Below are positions 9,005 to 15,808 of a stretch of DNA of 64,000 bases, one piece after another; position 1 is the first letter of the stretch, and every line of letters begins with the position of its first letter. Below the pieces are notes generated by a model. It saw only the letters and a list, made by a program, of their open reading frames with translations, was not told where the DNA came from and searched no databases. This DNA comes from an uncultured Verrucomicrobiota bacterium (GTDB taxonomy: Bacteria; Verrucomicrobiota; Verrucomicrobiia; JABWAM01), in NCBI GenBank assembly GCA_964653025.1, contig CAZZBZ010000005.1, positions 3,571-67,570 on the forward strand, in the 5' to 3' direction. The position numbers and the translations under genes are program-made.

Positions 9005-10417
9005 GTGAAACGTCTCCTGTTTTTCCTCAGCCTGGCGCTGGCCCTTGCTCCCTCCACGGCTCCTGCCGCGCCGGTGAGGAACGGACCCGTGGTGATCATC
9101 CCCATCCGCGACGAGATCGAATCCTCGATCGTTTACATCGTTCGCCGCGGAATTCGTGAGGCGACCGAGTGCGGCGCCCGCGCGGTGGTCCTGGATATCA
9201 ACACCCCGGGCGGCCGCGGCGACGCGATGGAGGAGATCATGGAGCTTGTCGAGGGGTTCAAGGGCGAGACCGTCACCTTCGTGAACAAGAAGGCTCTCTC
9301 CGCGGGGGCGTTCATCGCTTTCGCGACAAAGCGGATCTGGATGGCCCCCTCAAGCACCATCGGGGCTGCCGCGCCAATTCTCATGGGTCCTGGTGGTGAT
9401 ATCCAGCAGCTTCCGGTTACCTTTCAGAAAAAGATCTCCTCGGCCTTCTCGGCGCGACTGCGCGCGACGGCGCAGCGCAACGGGCACCATCCCGACCTCG
9501 CCGACGCGATGGTCAAGGAGACCGAGGGTCTGGTCCTCGACGGGGTGACGGTGGTGAAGAAGGGAGACATCCTCACGCTCACGGACACGGAGGCGACGAA
9601 GCGTTACGGAAAGCCGTCGAAACCGCTCCTCGCGGAAGGGGTGGCTGCCGACATGGATGAGCTTCTCGCAAAACTCGGCCACGCGGGGGCGCCGGTGAAG
9701 CGGATCGAGGCGACGGGGGTGGAGCGAATCGCACGTTTCATCACGATGATCTCGCCGGTGTTGTTGCTGATCGGGATCGCGGGGATCTACCTGGAGTTCA
9801 AGACGCCGGGCGTGGTGCTGCCGGGGGTGGTCGGTGTCCTCGCATTGGTGGTTTTCTTTTTCGGCCACTATGTCGCGGGGCTTTCGGGCTCCGAGGAGGT
9901 GCTGCTCTTCGCCTTCGGCCTCATCCTCATCGGGGTGGAACTCTTCCTGCTGCCCGGGCACGTGCTGCCGGGGTTCCTGGGCGTGGTGTGCGTCCTCGTC
10001 TCGCTTCTCTGGGCGATGGTGGAGAAGCTTCCCGCCGCGCCGCCGATCCCGGGAGCACCCGCGATGCCGGGCCTGGCAGCGTTCCAGATCCCGATGATCA
10101 AGCTCGCCGGCGCGATGATCGGGGCGGGTGTCCTTGTGGCGATTCTCTTGAAGTTTCTCCCAAAGGCGAGGGGGGCCTACGGCGGCCTGGTACTCACCAA
10201 GCAGCTCGACAAGGCCGGGGGCTTCACCTCCGCCGAGACGCACGCCGAGCTCATCGGCCAGAAGGGGGTGGCGCTCTCGATGCTCCGCCCGAGCGGCACG
10301 GCGCGTTTCGGGGAGCGGGTGGTGGACGTGATCACCGAGGGCGAGTTCATCCCGCCCGGGGCGCACCTGGAAGTGGTCGCGGTCCACGGCGCGCAGGTGG
10401 TTGTGAGGAAGCAGTGA
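9005..10417 (+). CDS. nfeD: NfeD-family membrane-bound ClpP-class serine protease (long form)
   Basis: GTG start, signal peptide, VLDINTPGGRGDAMEEI and ALSAGAFIAFA (ClpP/SppA-like), multiple TM helices, and a C-terminal OB-like tail GTARFGERVVDVITEGEFIPPGAHLEVV. Confidence 0.8.
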   Translation: MKRLLFFLSLALALAPSTAPAAPVRNGPVVIIPIRDEIESSIVYIVRRGIREATECGARAVVLDINTPGGRGDAMEEIMELVEGFKGETVTFVNKKALSAGAFIAFATKRIWMAPSSTIGAAAPILMGPGGDIQQLPVTFQKKISSAFSARLRATAQRNGHHPDLADAMVKETEGLVLDGVTVVKKGDILTLTDTEATKRYGKPSKPLLAEGVAADMDELLAKLGHAGAPVKRIEATGVERIARFITMISPVLLLIGIAGIYLEFKTPGVVLPGVVGVLALVVFFFGHYVAGLSGSEEVLLFAFGLILIGVELFLLPGHVLPGFLGVVCVLVSLLWAMVEKLPAAPPIPGAPAMPGLAAFQIPMIKLAGAMIGAGVLVAILLKFLPKARGAYGGLVLTKQLDKAGGFTSAETHAELIGQKGVALSMLRPSGTARFGERVVDVITEGEFIPPGAHLEVVAVHGAQVVVRKQ

Positions 10418-10466
10418 GCGGATGATGGGGGCATCGTGTGCGGGCGCGACCAATTTATTGGTGTTT

Positions 10467-10523
10467 CCCGCCGTGGGGACACGGCGGGCTACCGGCGGTA
10501 GCCCGTGCTGTCCCCAGCACGGG
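10467..10523 (+). other. three back-to-back GC-rich hairpins in the nfeD-nfeD spacer
   Basis: CCCGCCGTG-ggga-CACGGCGGG (10467-10488), CTACC-ggc-GGTAG (10489-10501) and CCCGTGCT-gtcccc-AGCACGGG (10502-10523), with possible outer pairing TTGGTG (10458-63) / CACCAA (10544-49). Confidence 0.6.
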
Positions 10524-10637
10524 AGGGGGAACTTGCTCACGGCACCAACAATTTTGTCCTGCACCCTTTGCTTGAGGCATGCGCCTTGGGGCTTGCAGCG
10601 CGGCTTCGCTGGCTTCAGCCTTCGGCCGGTTACCCCT

Positions 10638-11123
10638 ATGTCCTGGATCATTCTTTTTTCCATCCTCGGAATCATCCTGATTTGCCTGGAGTTGTTCCTC
10701 CCGGGAATGGTGGTCGGTACGGCCGGGGGGGTCTGCATGGTCCTGGCGGTGGCGCTCACCTACGCGAAGTACGGCGTAGTTGCCGGGAACATGGCGCTTG
10801 CCGCGCTCGCCATCGCCAGTGCCGTCGGGATCGTGATCTGGCTGTTTGTCTTCCCCCGCACGCGAAGTGGGCGAAGCATGATCACCCACGGCGACCTTGC
10901 GACGAGCAAGTCCGCCGATTCCCTCGAGGCTCTCCTGGGGAGCGAAGGCGAGGCGCTCACCCAGCTCCGCCCCGCCGGCACGGTTCGGATCGCGGGGCGG
11001 CGGGTGGATGCGGTCGCCGAATCCGGCTTGATTGCCCCCATGGCGCGGATTAGGGTCGTCCGCGTCGAGGGCAACCGCGTTTTCGTCCGAAAGCTCGACA
11101 GCCAACCTCCCATCTCTCCCTAA
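10638..11123 (+). CDS. NfeD-family protein, short form (TM helices + C-terminal OB fold)
   Basis: Start at the internal MSWIILFSILG (ATG 10638). C-terminal GTVRIAGRRVDAVAESGLIAPMARIRVVRVEGNRVFV resembles the tail of the long NfeD. Confidence 0.7.
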   Translation: MSWIILFSILGIILICLELFLPGMVVGTAGGVCMVLAVALTYAKYGVVAGNMALAALAIASAVGIVIWLFVFPRTRSGRSMITHGDLATSKSADSLEALLGSEGEALTQLRPAGTVRIAGRRVDAVAESGLIAPMARIRVVRVEGNRVFVRKLDSQPPISP

Positions 11124-11141
11124 CCCCAAACTGCTCCTTCC

Positions 11142-12161
11142 ATGAACCCCATTACCGGCATCCTCTTTGGCATCGGCGCGATCGTTGCGCTGGTCTTTAT
11201 CGGCGTCTTCCTTTCCTTCGCCTCGGTGTACATCCGCGCCCTCGTGGCGGGCGCGCCCGTTGGGCTGATGGAACTCATCGGCATGAAGCTCCAGCGCGTT
11301 CCGATCGGGTTGATCGTGGACAACCGAATCTTTGCCGTGAAAGCGGGCATCCCGGTGACGACCGACCTGCTCGTGGCCCACTTCCAGGCGGGCGGGAACG
11401 TGCCGATGGTCGTGCGCGCGCTCATCGCGGCGGACAAGGCGAGCCTGCCTCTGGACTTCAGGCGCGCGACGGCCATTGACCTGGCAACCCAGCAATCAGG
11501 AAAAACAGTCTTCGAGGCGGTGATCACGAGCGTGAACCCGCGCGTGATTGATTGCCCGAGCCAGCAGCAAGGGGGGCGGATGACGATCGATGCGGTCGCC
11601 AAGGACGGAATCCAACTCAAGGTGAAGGCGCGGGTGACCGTGCGCACGCACCTCGAGCGTTTCGTCGGCGGCGCGACGGAGGAAACGATCATGGCCCGCG
11701 TGGGCGAGGGCATCGTGACGACCATTGGCTCGGCGGGGAGCTACAAGGAGGTGCTGGAGAACCCCGACATGATCTCCAAGCGCTGCCTCGAGAAGGGCCT
11801 CGACTCGGGCACCGCCTACGAAATTCTTTCGATCGATGTGGCGGACGTGGACGTGGGCGAGAACGTCGGTGCCAAGCTGCAGGCCGAGCAGGCCGAGGCG
11901 GACAAGCGCGTGGCGCAGGCCCGCGCCGAAGTGCGCCGCACGACGGCCGTGGCCCTCGAGCAGGAAATGAAGGCCCGCACCCAGGAGATGCGCGCGAAGG
12001 TCGTGGAGGCCGAGGCCGAGATCCCGCGCGCCTTCGCGGAGGCCCTCCGCGGCGGCAAGCTCGGCATCATGGACTACTACCGGATGCAGAACATCCAGGC
12101 GGATACCGCGATGCGCGGCAGCATCGCCGGGGACACCTCTCCGAAGAGCCCGGGCGCCTGA
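11142..12161 (+). CDS. floA: flotillin-like protein FloA (UPF0365/YqfA family)
   Basis: 339 aa. N-terminal TM, then [53 protein letters not shown], the characteristic FloA signature. Sits directly after two nfeD genes, as in the Bacillus yqeZ-yqfA pair. Confidence 0.85.
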   Translation: MNPITGILFGIGAIVALVFIGVFLSFASVYIRALVAGAPVGLMELIGMKLQRVPIGLIVDNRIFAVKAGIPVTTDLLVAHFQAGGNVPMVVRALIAADKASLPLDFRRATAIDLATQQSGKTVFEAVITSVNPRVIDCPSQQQGGRMTIDAVAKDGIQLKVKARVTVRTHLERFVGGATEETIMARVGEGIVTTIGSAGSYKEVLENPDMISKRCLEKGLDSGTAYEILSIDVADVDVGENVGAKLQAEQAEADKRVAQARAEVRRTTAVALEQEMKARTQEMRAKVVEAEAEIPRAFAEALRGGKLGIMDYYRMQNIQADTAMRGSIAGDTSPKSPGA

Positions 12162-12181
12162 CCGCCACCGCAAGGCGGCGG

Positions 12182-12209
12182 AATGTCCAAAACCCAACAC
12201 CCAATGCCC
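12182..12209. repeat. 4 x 7-nt heptad array AATGTCC AAAACCC AACACCC AATGCCC
   Basis: Read directly. AT-rich spacer downstream of floA. Inverted partner at 12276-12303. Confidence 0.85.
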
Positions 12210-12275
12210 AACGGTGATCAGAGACGGTCGAGCGAAAAGGGCCAGGTCCATCAGATGAGGAGCATGCCTCGGTAT

Positions 12276-12303
12276 GGGCATTGGACATTGGGGCTTGGAC
12301 ATT
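12276..12303. repeat. 4 x 7-nt heptad array GGGCATT GGACATT GGGGCTT GGACATT (inverted partner of 12182-12209)
   Basis: Read directly. The outer heptads are exact reverse complements of the left array and the inner two are imperfect (about 23/28 overall). A further GGGCTTGGAC copy sits at 12359-12368. Confidence 0.85.
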
Positions 12304-12356
12304 GCATGGAGCGGCAATTCGCAGGGAAGAATCGTTCCTTCGACTGATTCGCCGGT

Positions 12357-13076
12357 ATGGGCTTGGACGTTTCCTCGATGACCGCCGCTCCCATGTTGGC
12401 CTCGGGCATGGACCTCATCGGGGTCCTGTTCTTCGTTGTCGTCGCGATCCTCTCGGCGCTGAGCAAGAAGGCCCAGCAAGGGCCTGCGACGGAAGAGGGG
12501 GAGACCCCGCATCCAGAACGTCGACCGATTCCAAAAAGGGGGGTGCCGCCTTCCCGTCCCGACCCGTCCCCTGCACCGGTGCCGGAGCCCGAGCCGACGC
12601 TCGAAGGCCAGATGCGCCGTTTTCTTGAGGAGATGCGGAACTCTCCCGACATGCCATCCTCGGAAAAGGCGCGTCCCACCCCTCTGCCCATGCCCCAGCC
12701 CGCACGTCCGGTATTCATCCCCCAACGGACGGAGCCTGCGACCTTCTCCCCGCCGCGCAAGCCGAGTCGGGCGGCCGTGCTGCCGCCCATGCATGTATCC
12801 GAAGAGGAGGTCGAGGGGCCGCGCACGCCCAGGCTGGCGGACACTTCACCCAACATGCGTGCCGAGTTGGGCCGCAGCCTCGAGGCTCTACACAGCGAGA
12901 TGGAGGTGACCCACACCGAGTTGCGCGAGGTGGCGCCGCCCTCGGCGGTCGAGGGCGACATCGAGCGGACGGGAACGCGTTTCGACCCCGCGGTCTTCCG
13001 CACACCCGACAGCGCAAGACAGGCGGTGCTGCTTTCGGAGGTTCTCGGTTTTCCCCGCGCGCTGAAGCCATGGTGA
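12357..13076 (+). CDS. hypothetical proline-rich membrane protein; start uncertain
   Basis: One TM (LIGVLFFVVVAILSAL), then a long Pro-rich low-complexity region and a conserved-looking C-terminus AVLLSEVLGFPRALKPW. The first codons overlap a repeat copy, so M8, M13 or M18 may be the true start. Confidence 0.5.
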   Translation: MGLDVSSMTAAPMLASGMDLIGVLFFVVVAILSALSKKAQQGPATEEGETPHPERRPIPKRGVPPSRPDPSPAPVPEPEPTLEGQMRRFLEEMRNSPDMPSSEKARPTPLPMPQPARPVFIPQRTEPATFSPPRKPSRAAVLPPMHVSEEEVEGPRTPRLADTSPNMRAELGRSLEALHSEMEVTHTELREVAPPSAVEGDIERTGTRFDPAVFRTPDSARQAVLLSEVLGFPRALKPW

Positions 13077-13149
13077 GTTCTTCCGCCCGACTGATGGTTA
13101 CGGCCAAGGTGGAGCAAGTTACGGCTTGATCGGCGATTGCTGCGTACAC

Positions 13150-13179
13150 ATGAGGCGCGCGTGTCCGCGCACGCCTCAT
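13150..13179. terminator. hairpin between convergent genes (ATGAGGCG..CGCCTCAT with an inner CGC/GCG)
   Basis: Read directly. Overlaps the stop codon of the radical SAM gene. No U-tract. Confidence 0.3.
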
Positions 13180-14729
13180 AGACCGTGGGTCTTGCAGGTC
13201 TTGCGAAAATGGTGGCCGTAGATCGAGAGGGTGATCGCCAGTGGGAGGGCGCGGCGGCGGCGAAAGAAGGTCCAGGCCAGCAGGCCCCAGTAGTGAAAAC
13301 GCTCACGGCCGAAGATTCCGAGCCTCACGCTGGAGTGGAAGAAGGTGCGGAGATTCGCAAAGCGGAACGAGGTCTTGAAATGGACGGGTTGATACTCGCG
13401 TAGGAAGGTTCGAATGCGACGGTAGTAGGGCCCGGGGGAATAGATGGTGCGCATGATGCTGCGATAACCTTCCGCCAGTGTGGCCGCGTTCATGCGGGGA
13501 ACGATATTGGTCGTGCCGTCCACGTTGTTCCCCGTGGTCCTCCCGAGGAGGCGTCCCTCGCGCAGGAGGCGGGCGTAGAGCTTCGTGTCGGGGAGCGCGT
13601 TGAGCATGCCGACCATCGCGGTGACAATCCCGCTCTTCTGGATGAACTCCACCTGCCGTTGGAAAATCGTGGGGGTGTCGTGGTCAAAGCCGACGATGAA
13701 CCCGCCCTGCACCTGCAGGCCGGCGCGCTGGAGGCGCTTCACGTCGGCGACGAGGTCGCGCTTCTCGTTCTGCCGTTTGTTGCACTCGTGCAAGCTCGCG
13801 GCGTCGGGAGTCTCGATCCCCACGAAGACGGAATCGAACCCGGCCTTCGCCATCATTCCCATCAAGTCCGCGTCATCGGCGAGGTTAATCGAGGCCTCGG
13901 TGTAGAACGGGATGCCGTGCTTCCCCTTTTGCCAGGCGATGAGGGACGGCAACAGGTCGGTCTTCAGGCGTTGCTTGTTTCCGATGAAGTTGTCGTCCAC
14001 GAAGAACACCTGCCCGCGCCAGCCGAGCGCGTAGAGGCCGTCGAGCTCCGCGATCACCTGGGCGGAGGTCTTGGTGCGGGGGCGGTGGCCGAACATGGCG
14101 GTGACGTTGCAGAACTCGCAGTCGAAGGGGCAGCCGCGCGAATACTGGACGCTCATCGAAGCGTAGCGCTTCAGGTCCGCGAGTTCCCAGAGAGGGGCCG
14201 GCGTCTGCTCGATGTCGGGATACTCCGGGGAGGCGTACGTTCGCTGCGCATGGCCGCGTTCGAGGTCGCGGAGGAACGGGGGGAGGGTGACCTCGGCCTC
14301 GTTGAGGACGAAGTGGTCCACCTCGGGAAAGAGTTCGTGCTCGCCGGTGAAGAGCGGGCCGCCGGCCACGACCTTGAGCCCCGCCGCGTGGCAGCGGGCG
14401 ATCAGGACCCGGGTGGAGTCGCGCTGCGCGATCATTGCGCCGATAAAAACAAGGTCCGCCCATGCAAGGTCCTCCTCCGTGAGACGGCGCACGTTGAGGT
14501 CCACGAGTCGCTTGCCCCAGGCCTTCGGGAGCATGGCCGCGAGGGTCAGGAGCCCGAGGGGAGGGAGGGTCGCCTTCTTGCGGACGAACTTGAGCGCGTG
14601 CTTGAAGCCCCAGAACGTGTCCGGAAACTCCGGGGAGAGGAGCAGGACGTTCCTCGGCGCCCCCGCCGTGTTTGCAGGGGCTTCGAACAGGGGGAACTGG
14701 GCGGATGTTGGCAAGGGAGACATGGGCAC
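13176..14729 (-). CDS. B12-binding-domain radical SAM protein with a DUF4070-like C-terminal extension
   Basis: 517 aa. N-terminal Rossmann-like B12-binding region (VLLLSPEF..LGLLTLAAML..DLVFIGAM), radical SAM motif CPFDCEFC, and a long conserved-looking C-terminal tail. Confidence 0.8.
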   Translation of the reverse strand: MPMSPLPTSAQFPLFEAPANTAGAPRNVLLLSPEFPDTFWGFKHALKFVRKKATLPPLGLLTLAAMLPKAWGKRLVDLNVRRLTEEDLAWADLVFIGAMIAQRDSTRVLIARCHAAGLKVVAGGPLFTGEHELFPEVDHFVLNEAEVTLPPFLRDLERGHAQRTYASPEYPDIEQTPAPLWELADLKRYASMSVQYSRGCPFDCEFCNVTAMFGHRPRTKTSAQVIAELDGLYALGWRGQVFFVDDNFIGNKQRLKTDLLPSLIAWQKGKHGIPFYTEASINLADDADLMGMMAKAGFDSVFVGIETPDAASLHECNKRQNEKRDLVADVKRLQRAGLQVQGGFIVGFDHDTPTIFQRQVEFIQKSGIVTAMVGMLNALPDTKLYARLLREGRLLGRTTGNNVDGTTNIVPRMNAATLAEGYRSIMRTIYSPGPYYRRIRTFLREYQPVHFKTSFRFANLRTFFHSSVRLGIFGRERFHYWGLLAWTFFRRRRALPLAITLSIYGHHFRKTCKTHGL

Positions 14730-15124
14730 ATCGGCCGGGGCTCCGCCGTTCGATCCTGACGCCTGCGGGAGGTGGAGAATGTCGGGCGCTGGGTCGGTCG
14801 ACGGCGCAACCTAGCCCGAATCTGGCGAAAAGGAAAATGCCAAAAACGGGGGCGTGCTGGGGAGGGGGAAAAAGTGTTGGTGTCCGACATACCTTTCGGC
14901 GCGAGCCGCGCCTCCCGAAGATGGAAAGAGGGTTTTGCTCTTCGTGGGAGGCGCGGCCCGCGCCGATCTGGAGGCCCCCCGCGGAGCGCTTGCCAATCAA
15001 CTGGTCGGCGCGCCGGAGACGCGCCCTCCCGGGGGACGAGAGGTGGGATGAAGTTGGGAGGGCGGGCCGTTCCGTTGAGAGGAGTTTGCCGAAGCGGAGG
15101 GTCCGCGACTCCAGGCTCCCGTCT

Positions 15125-15808
15125 TCAGGCCTCGGTTTCCACCCATTGCACGGCGTGACGCACGAGTTCGATCGCGTTCCTGAGCCCCAGCTTCCTCTTG
15201 AGGATGGCGCGGTAGCTTTCGATGGTGCTCACGCTCAGGTGGAGCTTGCGGGAGATCTGGCCTGTGGAGCTTCCATTGCCGATCAAGCGGAACACCTGCA
15301 GCTCGCGGTCGCTCAACCGGGTCATCGGGGGAGGGGGGGCGGCCACCGTGCCGTTGGCTGAGCGCTCCAGGATTCGACGCTTGATATGGTCGCTCAGGTG
15401 CAACTCTCCCGAAAGGACGCGACGAAGGGCGCCGATCACGACATCCGAGGGTTCCTTCTTCGCGAGGTAGCCGCGAGCCCCGGCCTGAAGCCCCCGCTCG
15501 GCATACAGCGATTCGTCGTGCATCGAAAGGATGAGCGTGAGGAGCTTCGGGAAGCGCGCCTTCAGGTCCTTGACCAACTCGATGCCATCGCCATCCTGCA
15601 GCGAGATGTCCACGAGGACGAGGTCCGGGCGGGAGGCCTCGATGGCTTCGACGGTCTCCGACGCCCGCTCCACCTCCCCGCAGACCCGCAGGTCGGTTTC
15701 CAAATTGATGAGTTGCGCCAGGCCCTGGCGGAAGATGGGGTGGTCGTCCACGATGAGGATCCTTCTTCGCGGTGGCGTCTTGCGCGTGGCGGGCGGGCGT
15801 GGGGTCAT
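15125..15808 (-). CDS. NarL/FixJ-family response regulator (REC + LuxR-type HTH)
   Basis: Start at the internal MTPRPP (ATG 15806-15808), overlapping the upstream kinase stop as ATGA. ILIVDDHPIF, DLVLVDISL, LTLILSMH, then LSDRELQVFRLIGNGSSTGQISRKLHLSVSTIESYR. Confidence 0.85.
   Translation of the reverse strand: MTPRPPATRKTPPRRRILIVDDHPIFRQGLAQLINLETDLRVCGEVERASETVEAIEASRPDLVLVDISLQDGDGIELVKDLKARFPKLLTLILSMHDESLYAERGLQAGARGYLAKKEPSDVVIGALRRVLSGELHLSDHIKRRILERSANGTVAAPPPPMTRLSDRELQVFRLIGNGSSTGQISRKLHLSVSTIESYRAILKRKLGLRNAIELVRHAVQWVETEA

Noticed and set aside
12162-12181. An intrinsic terminator directly after floA (CCGCC-accgcaa-GGCGG).
   Set aside because: The stem is only 5 bp and no U-tract follows, so it is too weak to call.
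14811-14996. A RiPP precursor peptide upstream of the B12-radical SAM gene (61-aa minus-strand ORF).
   Set aside because: The sequence is Ala/Pro/Ser/Arg-rich, like antisense or non-coding translation. No leader or core features are present, and no protease, transporter or RRE-type partner genes sit alongside the rSAM gene.
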